DNA of 25,462 nucleotides from Candidatus Sumerlaeia bacterium (GTDB taxonomy: Bacteria > Sumerlaeota > Sumerlaeia > SLMS01): NCBI GenBank assembly GCA_038208905.1, contig JBBQYG010000048.1, positions 1 to 25,462 of the forward strand, in the 5' to 3' direction. Both the position numbers and the translations under genes were made by a program. Under the pieces are notes generated by a model that saw only the letters and a program-made list of their open reading frames with translations, ran no database searches and was not told the DNA's origin. Of this stretch, positions 1 through 8,922 are shown piece by piece (position 1 is the stretch's first letter; every line of letters begins with the position of its first letter).

Positions 1-839
1 AGCCCCAATTCCAGATCACCTTTTCCGACGCCCCGCCCATCCACGCCCGCCGCCTCGTACTCGCCACCGGCGGGCTTGCCCTGCCGAAGTCCGGCAGCGA
101 TGGCTCCGGTCTCCAGTGGATGCGCGCCCTTGGCCACGCCATTGTCCCGACGACCCCTGCGCTGGCGCCGCTGGTGCTGGACGAGGGTGCCGTTGGATCG
201 CCCCGCCTGACGGAATTGGCGGGGATGACGCTCGATATTCGCCTCGCGCTCGGCGATCCCGCCGGGCGGCGCCTCGCGGAATTCACGGGCTCCACCGTTC
301 TTACACACTTTGGCATGAGTGGCCCCGCGCCGATGAACTTGTCGCGCCACGTGGCCCGCTACCTTCAGGATAACCGCCACCCGCCCTTGGCGACTCTGGG
401 GCATCCAGACTTCCCTACGCCGGAATCCGCCGACACGTGGCTCCGGGCACAGATCGCCTCCAATCCGAAGCGACAGGCCAACACGGCGCTAGAGGCGCTG
501 TTTCCCGAGCGCCTGGCCCGGATCATCGCCGGGGACGACGTGCGCTTAACGGACTTATCGAGGGAGCGCCGCCTCGCCCTCTCCCGCCGGATCGCCGCCC
601 TGCCCATCCCCGTGACCGGCGACCGGGGCTATTCCTTCGCAGAGACCACCGCCGGGGGGGTGGACCTCCGCGAGGTGGATGCCCGGACGATGGCCAGCCG
701 GGTGGTGCCGGGGCTGCACCTGTGTGGAGAGATGCTGGACGTCGACGGGCGCATCGGGGGCTTCAACTTTCAGTGGGCATGGGCCAGCGGCTATCTGGCG
801 GGGCGAGGGGCGGCTCGGGCGATCACGGAAGACAAGTAA
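1..839 (+). CDS. HI0933/BaiN-family NAD(P)/FAD-dependent oxidoreductase, 5'-truncated by the window
   Basis: The frame is open from position 3 (…VLATGGLALPKSGSDGSG…). It contains LTHFGMSGP, TAGGVDL and GLHLCGEMLDVDGRIGGFNFQWAWASG, all typical of this family. Stop TAA at 837-839. Confidence 0.9.
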   Translation, partial: PQFQITFSDAPPIHARRLVLATGGLALPKSGSDGSGLQWMRALGHAIVPTTPALAPLVLDEGAVGSPRLTELAGMTLDIRLALGDPAGRRLAEFTGSTVLTHFGMSGPAPMNLSRHVARYLQDNRHPPLATLGHPDFPTPESADTWLRAQIASNPKRQANTALEALFPERLARIIAGDDVRLTDLSRERRLALSRRIAALPIPVTGDRGYSFAETTAGGVDLREVDARTMASRVVPGLHLCGEMLDVDGRIGGFNFQWAWASGYLAGRGAARAITEDK

Positions 840-862
840 CATCAATACTCTACGAAGCTCCT

Positions 863-907
863 CGGGGACTAGACTGGTGGCGGCCAAGTCGCAGTCCCGG
901 GTTTTTT
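863..907 (+). terminator. Probable intrinsic terminator downstream of the HI0933 gene
   Basis: Imperfect stem GGGACT-AGACT-GG…CC-AAGTC-GC-AGTCCC followed by TTTTTT (902-907). Confidence 0.45.
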
Positions 908-984
908 CGCTTGCGATCCGTTCCACTGCGGACGTTCCCTCTCGGGCCGCCGGAAAGTCCCCCATGGGACCGATCCGGCCATCC

Positions 985-1080
985 CTCACGCAGCCCGACA
1001 GAGTTCCTGGTGCCCCGAGGCTCTGCATTTAGCAAACTTGGGTCGGAACTCATCGTGTGACGGCTGCGGCGGAAAAACCA
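985..1080 (+). promoter_or_regulatory. rpsB 5' leader (S2 autoregulatory element, t44-like)
   Basis: Nested stems CGCAGCC(989-995)/GGCTGCG(1062-1068) and GAGTTCC(1001-1007)/GGAACTC(1045-1051) enclose GGTGCCCC…GGGTCGG. This resembles the E. coli rpsB leader core and lies directly upstream of the rpsB RBS. Confidence 0.7.
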
Positions 1081-1100
1081 ACGCGGAGGAAACCGCCAGT

Positions 1101-1937
1101 ATGTCTAGCGTTACAATGAAGCAGTTGCTGGAAGCGGGCGTCCACTTCGGCCATCAAAGCCGTCGCTGGAATCCCAAGATGAAGCCCTACATCTATACCG
1201 ATCGCAACGGTATCTACATCATCGACCTCAAGAAGACCCTGCGCCTCCTGCGCGACGCGACCAAGTACGTGCGCGACCAGGCGTTCGAGGGGAAGAAGGT
1301 CCTCTTCGTCGGCACGAAGAAGCAGGCCAAGGACATCATCATGGAGTCGGCCAACGCCGCGGGGATGTTCTACATCAACAACCGCTGGCTCGGCGGCCTT
1401 CTGACGAACTTCCAGACGATCCAGAAGTCGGTGCAGCGCCTCATCGAACTCGACAAGAAGTTCGAGGACGGCACCATCGAGAACTACAGCAAGAAGGAAC
1501 AGTCGATGCTCTCCAAGGAGCGTCAGTCGCACGAGAAGAATCTGGGCGGGATCAAGCGCATGAAGCGCCTTCCCGACATCATCTTCATCGTGGACCCCTC
1601 CAAGGAATACATCGCGGTCAAGGAAGCCAAGAAGCTCGGCATCCCCGTGGTGGCCGTGGTTGACACCAACTGCGACCCGGACCCGATCGACTTCGTGATT
1701 CCCGCCAACGACGACGCGATCCGCTCGATCAAGCTGATGGTCTCCCAGATCAGCGAAGCGTGCATCGAAGGCAATCAGGCCCGCGAGGGCGTTGGCGCCC
1801 AGGACGAAATGCACGAGTCCATGCTTGGCGTTCCCATGAGCGCCGAGGAACTCGAGAAGCACTTCGACGTCTATGGCGGCAACACCGCCCCTGTCGCCGC
1901 GGCAGCCGATGAGGCTCAGGCCGGCCAGCAGCTGTAA
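1101..1937 (+). CDS. rpsB: 30S ribosomal protein S2
   Basis: [28 protein letters not shown] and DTNCDP…[10 protein letters not shown] motifs. ATG at 1101 follows GGAGGA (1085-1090). Confidence 0.98.
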   Translation: MSSVTMKQLLEAGVHFGHQSRRWNPKMKPYIYTDRNGIYIIDLKKTLRLLRDATKYVRDQAFEGKKVLFVGTKKQAKDIIMESANAAGMFYINNRWLGGLLTNFQTIQKSVQRLIELDKKFEDGTIENYSKKEQSMLSKERQSHEKNLGGIKRMKRLPDIIFIVDPSKEYIAVKEAKKLGIPVVAVVDTNCDPDPIDFVIPANDDAIRSIKLMVSQISEACIEGNQAREGVGAQDEMHESMLGVPMSAEELEKHFDVYGGNTAPVAAAADEAQAGQQL

Positions 1938-1945
1938 CGACTAAT

Positions 1946-1973
1946 CCGGCCCTCCCCTGCGGGGGAGGGCCGG
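1946..1973 (+). other. Perfect 12-bp hairpin between rpsB and tsf (possible attenuator or processing site)
   Basis: CCGGCCCTCCCC-TGCG-GGGGAGGGCCGG, with no U-tract. Confidence 0.6.
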
Positions 1974-2003
1974 CATCAACTTACAAAAGGCGCAACGCAT
2001 TCA

Positions 2004-2897
2004 ATGGCTGCTAACATCTCGGCATCGTTGGTGAAGGACCTGCGTGAGAAGACTGGCGCGGGTATGATGGAGTGCAAGAAGGCGCTGACGGAGTCCAACG
2101 GCGACCTCGAGGGCGCCGTGAAGATTCTCCGCGAGAGTGGCGCCGCCAAGGCCGCCAAGCGCGAAGCCCGCACCGCCGCGGAAGGCCTGGTTGATATCGC
2201 GATCTCCACCGACTCCAAGAGCGGCGCCATCGCCGAGCTCAACAGCGAGACGGACTTCGTTGCGCGCAACGAGGAGTTCCAGAAAGTCTCCAAGGCGCTT
2301 GCCGCCACGGCCCTCAAGGGCAAGACCACCAGCGCCGGGGCCCTTGGCCCGCTGACGCTGGAAGGCCACGACAAGGCGTGCAGCGAGGTTGTGGTGGACC
2401 TGCTCGCCAAGATCGGCGAGAAGATCACCCTGAGCCGCGCGGACTTCCTGGAGGGCGACCTGGTGGTCGGCTACATCCACCCCCCCGGCAAGATCGGCGT
2501 GCTCATTTCCGTCAAGCTGGACGGCGCCAACGGGAGCGACGAGTTGGTGGAGACCCTGCGCGGCATCGCGATGCACATCGCGGCGACGGGTCCCCGCTTT
2601 CTGGACGGCTCTCAGGTGGACAAGGTGACGCTCGACGCGGAGGCGGATATCTACGCGAACATCGCCCGCAAGGAAGGCAAGCCCGAGAACATCATCCCGC
2701 GCATCGTCGATGGCAAGATCAAGTCCTTCTACAAGGACAACTGCCTCGTCGACCAGCTATATGTGAAGGGCGACAAGGAGACCGTTGGCGCCGTCCTGGA
2801 GAAGGCCGCAAAGGCCGCGGGCGGCAAGGCCTCCATCACGCGCTTCGTTCGCTACAAGGTCGGCGAGACTGCCGTCGCCGCCGCCGGGGAAGAGTAA
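2004..2897 (+). CDS. tsf: Elongation factor Ts
   Basis: VKDLREKTGAGMMECKKAL, ELNSETDFVARN and AMHIAA motifs; follows rpsB. Confidence 0.98.
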   Translation: MAANISASLVKDLREKTGAGMMECKKALTESNGDLEGAVKILRESGAAKAAKREARTAAEGLVDIAISTDSKSGAIAELNSETDFVARNEEFQKVSKALAATALKGKTTSAGALGPLTLEGHDKACSEVVVDLLAKIGEKITLSRADFLEGDLVVGYIHPPGKIGVLISVKLDGANGSDELVETLRGIAMHIAATGPRFLDGSQVDKVTLDAEADIYANIARKEGKPENIIPRIVDGKIKSFYKDNCLVDQLYVKGDKETVGAVLEKAAKAAGGKASITRFVRYKVGETAVAAAGEE

Positions 2898-2945
2898 CCA
2901 GCACGCCGTAGGAAATACCCAACGCCGAGTAGGCCGCGAGCCACC

Positions 2946-3701
2946 ATGAGCGATCAAGGTTCCGAAGCGCGAGGCACACAGGCCCCCCCCAAGTACCGGC
3001 GGGTGATCCTGAAATTGAGCGGCGAAATGATGAAGGGACGCGAGGCGTTTGGTCTCGACCGCGCCTCCGTCCTCTTCATGTCCGCCGAGATCAAGTCCGT
3101 CTATGACCTCGGCGTGGAGGTCGGCGTCGTGATCGGCGGCGGCAATATCTTCCGCGGCAGCAGCGAGGCAGCGGCCCACATGAAGCGCGCCGTGGCCGAC
3201 CAGGTGGGAATGCTGGCAACCATCATCAACGCCCTCATGCTGCAGGACGCGCTGGAGCAGATGGGCGTCCCCACGCGGGTCATGACCGCCCTCCCGATCC
3301 AGTCCGTGGCCGAGGCATATATACGCCGCCGCGCCATGCGCCACATGGAAAAGGGCCGTGTCGTCATCTTTGGCGGCGGCACCGGCAGCCCCTTCTTCAC
3401 AACGGATTCGGCGGCGGCCCTCCGCGCGGCGGAGACCGAGGCCGACGCCCTCCTCAAGGGGACCAAGGTGGACGGTGTCTATACCGCCGATCCCCGCAAG
3501 GACCCGCAGGCCAAGCTTCTCAAGAAGTGCAGCTATCAGCGCGCCATCGTTGAAGACCTCAAGGTGATGGACACCGCGGCGATCTCGCTCTGTCAGGAGA
3601 GCGCGATGCCCCTCATCGTGTACAACCTCTCGGTACCCGGCAACACCCGCCGCGTCGTCTGCGGCGATGGAACGGGCACAATCCTAAGCGGAGACGAATG
3701 A
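2946..3701 (+). CDS. pyrH: UMP kinase
   Basis: LKLSGE, IGGGNIFRG, D.VGMLAT, PFFTTDSAAALRA and VDGVYTADP motifs; conserved synteny. Confidence 0.97.
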   Translation: MSDQGSEARGTQAPPKYRRVILKLSGEMMKGREAFGLDRASVLFMSAEIKSVYDLGVEVGVVIGGGNIFRGSSEAAAHMKRAVADQVGMLATIINALMLQDALEQMGVPTRVMTALPIQSVAEAYIRRRAMRHMEKGRVVIFGGGTGSPFFTTDSAAALRAAETEADALLKGTKVDGVYTADPRKDPQAKLLKKCSYQRAIVEDLKVMDTAAISLCQESAMPLIVYNLSVPGNTRRVVCGDGTGTILSGDE

Positions 3702-3702
3702 C

Positions 3703-4266
3703 ATGGCAGAAACCAAGGAACTCTTCGACTCGTCGGAGCATAAGATGGCCCAGTCCATCGAGTCGCTCGACCACCACTTCAACACGCTGCGGACCGGTCG
3801 CGCGTCGTCGGCCCTGCTCGACGACATCCGCGTGGACGCCTATGGGGTAATGACGCCGCTGCAGCAGATGGCAACGGTCTCCACCCCCGATGCGCGCACC
3901 ATCGCGATCTCGCCCTGGGACAAGAACCAACTCGTCGCCATCGAGAAGGCCCTTCAGGTCGCCAACCTCGGCATGAACCCCCACAGCGACGGCAAGCTGA
4001 TCCGCCTCTCGATCCCCCCCCTGACCGAGGACCGCCGCAAGGACCTCGCGAAGAAGGCCCACGCCATGGCCGAGGAATCCCGCGTCGCCATCCGCAACGT
4101 CCGCAAGCACGCCAAGGAAGTCATCGAGAAGATGAAGAAGGACAAGAAGCTGACCGAGGACCTGGCCCACGACGAGGTGGAAAAGCTCCAGAAGCTCACC
4201 GACAAGTGGATCGCCAAGGTGGACGATTCGATGAAGAAGAAGGAGAAGGAGATCATGGAGGTTTGA
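3703..4266 (+). CDS. frr: Ribosome recycling factor
   Basis: LRTGRAS, PPLTEDRRKDL, RVAIRNVR and KKEKEIMEV motifs; starts 1 nt after pyrH. Confidence 0.98.
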   Translation: MAETKELFDSSEHKMAQSIESLDHHFNTLRTGRASSALLDDIRVDAYGVMTPLQQMATVSTPDARTIAISPWDKNQLVAIEKALQVANLGMNPHSDGKLIRLSIPPLTEDRRKDLAKKAHAMAEESRVAIRNVRKHAKEVIEKMKKDKKLTEDLAHDEVEKLQKLTDKWIAKVDDSMKKKEKEIMEV

Positions 4267-4677
4267 TCAGCCACCCTCGCCCGCTCTCTTCAGAACAAGG
4301 CCGATGAGACTATCCGACAGGTGCAGGCCGTGCTTCCGAAGATTGTATAGCGAATCCTCCAGATCTTCCAGTCTTCCCTGAAAATGAGCCTCCAAGAGTA
4401 GCCAAACGGTACCCGAAAAGCGAATCGACGACGAGCGGGCCCGCGCACGGGCCCGCTCGTCTTCGGATAGGGCCATCGAATCCTGAAGTTAGGTGGCCGC
4501 AACGATGACTGACGCCTCACCTTTTTCAATCTTTGTGCTCATCAACGGGTAGGTCGATCCGACTTCTGCCTCGACGTGAGGGGTGACCACCACTTCTGGA
4601 TAGACTTGGAAAAGGAGATCCAGAATCCCCGCTTTCTCCAAGGCGATCATGCAGGAGCTATCCGGAATGGCCTTCGT
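4267..4677 (-). pseudogene. DUF3368/PIN-domain nucleic-acid-binding (toxin-like) gene, disrupted
   Basis: Manual translation from ACG at 4677: (T)KAIPDSSCMIALEKAGILDLLFQVYPEVVVTPHVEAEV…KGEASVIVAAT*LQDSMALSEDERAR…SGTVWLLLEAHFQG…LSDSLIGLVLKRAGEGG. This matches the D-S-S…L-D-L-L…GEA…DE…GT…LL.A pattern. In-frame TAA at 4489-4491, and no ATG at the expected start. Confidence 0.75.
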
Positions 4678-4898
4678 CGAGGAAGACGAAACTCCTCTTC
4701 AAAGCTCTCGGTGGTGATATTGGTGAAAGTCACCCCCCGCTTTCCCAACTCATCGAGAAACTGACCACGCGCAATCCCAAGTATCTCGGCTGCCTTGCCC
4801 TGAGATACATGGGCGCCGCGTCAGAGCCCGATCACGAGCTCGAGACGAGCCTCCTCGACGGAGACATCCTCCGGAAGCTCAAAGACCAGCGTTGCCAT
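4647..4898 (-). pseudogene. UPF0175-family antitoxin-like gene, disrupted
   Basis: ATG at 4898: MATLVFELPEDVSVEEARLELVIGL*RGAHVSQGKAAEILGIARGQFLDELGKRGV… carries the S.GKAAE..G..R..F...L..RGV HTH signature. In-frame TGA at 4821-4823 (codon 26). Confidence 0.75.
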
Positions 4899-4990
4899 GT
4901 TGAAGACCCCCGAATGATCTAGATGGGCGCGGGGCGCCTCTGCATCGAGAAACCCACGGGCACTTGGCTCGCAGCAACCGGAAACCACGA

Positions 4991-6112
4991 TCAGGGATTC
5001 AGCCCGTGGAGGCTCTTTGGCACGAAGATGCCGTCCTTGCGGATCAGCTTGCCGTCGAAGTGGATCTCGCCGCCGCCGTAGTCCTTGCGCTGGATGCAGA
5101 CCATGTCCCAGTGGATCGCGGAGCGGTTGCCGTTGTCGGCCTTGTCCTCATAGGCGGCGCCCATGGCCATGTGAAAGCTGCCGCTGATCTTCTCGTCGAA
5201 GAGGATGTCGCGCATCGGGTGGAGGATGTGGGGATTGTAGGCAATGGAGTACTCGCCCACATAGCGGGCGCCCTCGTCCTGGTCCAGGATCGCGTTCAGT
5301 TTCTTCGTCTGCGCCGCGTCGGCGGCAACGGCGTCCACGATCTGGCCCTTCTTGAAGGTCAGCTTGATCGCGTCGAAGGGAATGCCGTCATACACGGTGG
5401 CCGCGTTGAACTGCACGGTGCCGTTGATGCTGTCGCGCACGGGCGCGGTGAAGCACTCTCCGTCGGGAATATTGCATTCGCCGGTGCAGGGCTCCACGCC
5501 GATGTTCTTGATCGAGAAGCTCAGGTCGGTGCCTGGGCCCACGATGTGGACGCGGTCGGTCTTCTCCATCAGAGCCTGGAGCGGCTTGGTCGCCTTGGCC
5601 ATCTTGGGATAGTCGGTGCAGCAGACACGGTAGTAGAACTCGGCGAACTTCTCGCGCGGCTGCATGGCGAGCTGGGCCATCGAGGAGGTGGGATAGCGCA
5701 GCACGCACCACCGCGTGTCGCGGACGCGCTTTTCACGCACCGGGTGGCCGAGGATGCGGTTGTAGAGTTCCATCTGCTTGCGGGGAACGTCGGAGGACTC
5801 GAAGATGTTCCGGCTGCCGCGCACGGCGATATAGCAGTCGGAGTTCTCGATCTGGGCCATCTCGATGCGGAGGCGGCGCTCCAGCATGTCCTCCTTCGCG
5901 CCGTGGAGGAACTTGCGCTCGATCTCCGGGTCCGTATAGACAAAGTAGGGCGAGGCCCCCACGCGCATCGTTTCCTCGACGATGGCCTCGGCCAAGCCCA
6001 GCGTGTCGTCCCCGATCGCGTGGATGAAGACCAGCTCGCCCTTTTTTGCCTTGGTGGAGTGACGGATGAGGATGCGTGCTAGTTCGCGGTCGCGCGGGTC
6101 GATGAAGGGCAT
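4991..6112 (-). CDS. Aminopeptidase, peptidase family M29 (AmpS/AmpT-like)
   Basis: NIPDGECFTAP, GARYVGE, ILFDEKISGSFHMAMG and NRSAIHWDMV motifs. Confidence 0.93.
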   Translation of the reverse strand: MPFIDPRDRELARILIRHSTKAKKGELVFIHAIGDDTLGLAEAIVEETMRVGASPYFVYTDPEIERKFLHGAKEDMLERRLRIEMAQIENSDCYIAVRGSRNIFESSDVPRKQMELYNRILGHPVREKRVRDTRWCVLRYPTSSMAQLAMQPREKFAEFYYRVCCTDYPKMAKATKPLQALMEKTDRVHIVGPGTDLSFSIKNIGVEPCTGECNIPDGECFTAPVRDSINGTVQFNAATVYDGIPFDAIKLTFKKGQIVDAVAADAAQTKKLNAILDQDEGARYVGEYSIAYNPHILHPMRDILFDEKISGSFHMAMGAAYEDKADNGNRSAIHWDMVCIQRKDYGGGEIHFDGKLIRKDGIFVPKSLHGLNP

Positions 6113-6236
6113 GGTGGCCTCCGGTGCAATGGTTGTGGGGCGATTGGCCTATGGGGAGAGGCGGGGGGCAAAGAAGATTCTCTTTCCTTCGGCGGGCGCA
6201 TTGGGCATCAATCGCCGCAGGTCACGGGAGAATCGC

Positions 6237-7199
6237 GTGGGACGCAAGATCGGCCATAGCGGCAGTCAGCCGCGGAACAAGAAGAAGGCGAAGCTTCGTT
6301 CCCTCCTCGGGGGGAGCGAGTGGGGCGTCTATGAGCCGCCCAACAAGGACTCGCTCAAGATCGCCCGAATCTACGTCAACTATGGAATCGAGTCCGGCGT
6401 GTCGCTCGATGGCGAGCTGATACGCCTTTCCAACCGCCGCCACCTGCCCGTGGTGGCCGGCGACCTTGTCTATACAGACGGGCGCACGGTCGAGGGCATC
6501 CTCCCGCGCGGCAAGGTCCTCGTCCGCTATGCCGACGAGGGCGGCGTCCGCATGATCGCCTCGCATTTGGATCAGGTGGGGGTCGTGATCAGCGCCTCCA
6601 CGCCGCCGTTTCACGAGGGCTTCGTGGATCGCTACCTCGTCTATTGCCGCATCGTGGACCTGCCGCTCTTCATCGTGGCCAACAAGATGGACGAGCCAGA
6701 GCCCGACTTTCTGGAGCGCGTGGAGCCCTTTGTGGCCGCCGGCGTCGATGTCTATCCAACTTCCGCCACCACCGAGGAAGGGCTCAAGGCCCTCTCCAAG
6801 CGCCTGTCGCGCGGCATCACGCTGCTCTCTGGGTTCTCCGGCGTTGGCAAGTCCACGCTCATCAACTCGATCCTCGGCGAGGAGATTCCCACCCAGGAAG
6901 TCAGCCCCTCCACCAAGCGCGGACGCCACACCACCACCGCCGCGGAGGCCTATGAGCTGGGCGACACCCTGCTGATCGATTCCCCGGGCATCAAGAAATT
7001 CGGCTTCATCGGCATTTCCGCGGCGCAGATCCTGCGCGGATTTCCAGAGCTGGCTCCCTACGCCGACAAGTGCCGCTTCGAGGACTGCCGCCACGTGGAC
7101 GAAAAGGGCTGCGCCGTGGTCGAGGCCGTGGACGAGGGGTTGGTGGACGAACGCCGCTACATCTCCTACGTGGAGCTGCTGGAGAGCAACGTGGAGTAA
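6237..7199 (+). CDS. rsgA: Ribosome small subunit-dependent GTPase A
   Basis: Circularly permuted GTPase order NKMD…GFSGVGKST…GRHTTT…DSPG, plus the zinc finger CRFEDCRH…GC. Start placed at GTG 6237 after GGGAG, because the longer ORF overlaps the divergent gene. Confidence 0.93.
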   Translation: MGRKIGHSGSQPRNKKKAKLRSLLGGSEWGVYEPPNKDSLKIARIYVNYGIESGVSLDGELIRLSNRRHLPVVAGDLVYTDGRTVEGILPRGKVLVRYADEGGVRMIASHLDQVGVVISASTPPFHEGFVDRYLVYCRIVDLPLFIVANKMDEPEPDFLERVEPFVAAGVDVYPTSATTEEGLKALSKRLSRGITLLSGFSGVGKSTLINSILGEEIPTQEVSPSTKRGRHTTTAAEAYELGDTLLIDSPGIKKFGFIGISAAQILRGFPELAPYADKCRFEDCRHVDEKGCAVVEAVDEGLVDERRYISYVELLESNVE

Positions 7200-7205
7200 G
7201 CGGGA

Positions 7206-8750
7206 TCAGGTATCGGCGAAGGCCGCCTCGCGCACCTGCTCCACCAGCGGCGCCACATGGCGCGCGCGCCCGTGGAGGCGGTTGACCGCGTTGTGGGCCG
7301 CGATCTTGTAGGCCTCCGCCAACGTCGGGTAGTTGAAAACCGTTTCCAGGAAGTAGTCCACTCCCCCGCCGAAGTGCATGACGGCCTGGCCGATGTGAAG
7401 GATCTCCGTGGCGCCTTCGCCGATGCAGTGAACGCCCAGCAGGCGATTGTCGCTTGTTGCGAAGATCAGCTTCATCGCGCCCGTCCGGTCGCCCAGTATC
7501 TTGCCGCGCGCCGTGTCGCGCCATAGCGCCGTTCCGATGAAGTAGCCCTCGTTCTCCTCCTTCAGCTTCTCCTCGGTTTTGCCCACCATGCTGATCTCGG
7601 GAATGGTGTAGATGCCATAGGGGATGGACTCCTCGTTGGTGGTGAAGGGGAGCCCCAGCGCGTCGGCGGCGGCGACGCGGCCCTGTTCCGCGGAGGTGGA
7701 GGCGAGGCTGGGGAATCCGATCACGTCGCCCGCCGCATAGATCGACGGGATGCTGGTACGGTACTTCTCGTCCACGATCACATAGCCGCGCTTGTCCATG
7801 ACAACACCGACCTCGACGAGCCCGAGTTCAGCGGTGGCCGGCGTTCTTCCCATCGCGAAAAGGCAGGCATCGGCAGAGATCGTCTCGCCGCCGTCCAGCT
7901 CCACATTTACGCGTCCCGTCGCTCCCTTGGCGGTTTCCAGAACGTCGATCTTCTTGTAGTTCTGGCCGAAGATGAGTCGGCACCCGCTCTTGCGGAGCGA
8001 GTCGTAGAGGATTTCCGCAATGTCGGAATCGATGAAGCCCATCGGAACCGGACGCGGATCCACCAGGATCGTTGGCACGTCGAGCGCGGCGAACATGGTG
8101 CAGTACTCGATGCCGATGACGCCCGCGCCCAGGACGATCATGCTGTCGGGGAGTGGGCGGAGTTCGTTGTCGCGCCCAAAGACGCGGTCGCTATCGAAGA
8201 GGTTGTCGTCGTCGAACGCGAGGTCGGAGGGGCGCCGCGTTTTCGTGCCCACGGCGATCAGGATGCGGTTGGCCTTGTAGGTGAATTCCTGCTGGCCCAG
8301 CACCACGCCGACCTCGTGGGGCCCGCGCACGACTCCACGCCCGATGATGCTCATGACGTTGTTGCTGATAAGCTGCTCGTTGATGGCCGCGCGCTCCAGC
8401 GTGATCACGTGGTTGGTGCGGTCATAGAGGTCGCCCGCGGAGACCTTGTCCTTGAGGCGGAATTTCTCGCCATAGTACCCGCGCTGGCGATACCCGGTCA
8501 GGTACATCACCGCCTCGCGGAGCGACTTGCTGGGAATGGTGCCCGTGTTGAGGCACACGCCGCCGGCCATCGGCTCGCGTTCCACCAGCGCCACGCGGGC
8601 GCCGGCCTTCGCGGCAAAGATAGCCGCCTTCTGGCCCGCGGGCCCGGACCCGATCACGATCAGGTCGAGCTGCGTTTCCTTCTGCATGGAGCGCACGTCC
8701 ACGAAATCAAGGCTGGCGAAGTCGCTCGACTGGCTCAGGCGGTCGGTCAT
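7206..8750 (-). CDS. sthA: Soluble pyridine nucleotide transhydrogenase (Si-specific)
   Basis: GSGPAG FAD motif, GGVCLNTGTIPSK (CxxxxT rather than CxxxxC), GAGVIG, GDVIGFPSLAS, YTIPEIS and VFNYPTLAEAYK. Confidence 0.92.
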   Translation of the reverse strand: MTDRLSQSSDFASLDFVDVRSMQKETQLDLIVIGSGPAGQKAAIFAAKAGARVALVEREPMAGGVCLNTGTIPSKSLREAVMYLTGYRQRGYYGEKFRLKDKVSAGDLYDRTNHVITLERAAINEQLISNNVMSIIGRGVVRGPHEVGVVLGQQEFTYKANRILIAVGTKTRRPSDLAFDDDNLFDSDRVFGRDNELRPLPDSMIVLGAGVIGIEYCTMFAALDVPTILVDPRPVPMGFIDSDIAEILYDSLRKSGCRLIFGQNYKKIDVLETAKGATGRVNVELDGGETISADACLFAMGRTPATAELGLVEVGVVMDKRGYVIVDEKYRTSIPSIYAAGDVIGFPSLASTSAEQGRVAAADALGLPFTTNEESIPYGIYTIPEISMVGKTEEKLKEENEGYFIGTALWRDTARGKILGDRTGAMKLIFATSDNRLLGVHCIGEGATEILHIGQAVMHFGGGVDYFLETVFNYPTLAEAYKIAAHNAVNRLHGRARHVAPLVEQVREAAFADT

Positions 8751-8852
8751 GGGCTCCGGTTCCGGGTTCGATTGCTGAAAAACCTATCGCAGCCTGCCCG
8801 CCCGTGCAAGCGTCCTGTTGCGGCGTCGATTCGGTCCAACGTCGGGAATTGC

Positions 8853-8880
8853 TTGACCGTCATCCCCGCGGCAGTACCAT
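8853..8880 (+). promoter_or_regulatory. Candidate sigma70-type promoter for the kinase gene
   Basis: TTGACC-N16-TACCAT, ending 42 nt before the ATG at 8923. Confidence 0.35.
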
Positions 8881-8922
8881 AGGAAGGTTGACGAAGAGAG
8901 CAAAAGGAAAGCCAGAGGCACC

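Noticed and set aside
1009-1018. GGTGCCCCGA identical to the tRNA-Pro 3' region (possible att site)
   Set aside because: Only 10 bp, GC-rich, and explained by the S2 leader core; no integrase nearby.
4821-4823. In-frame TGA read as selenocysteine or as recoded Trp/Gly
   Set aside because: Not a redox-protein context. TGA ends many intact genes in the window, and the partner gene is also broken (by TAA).
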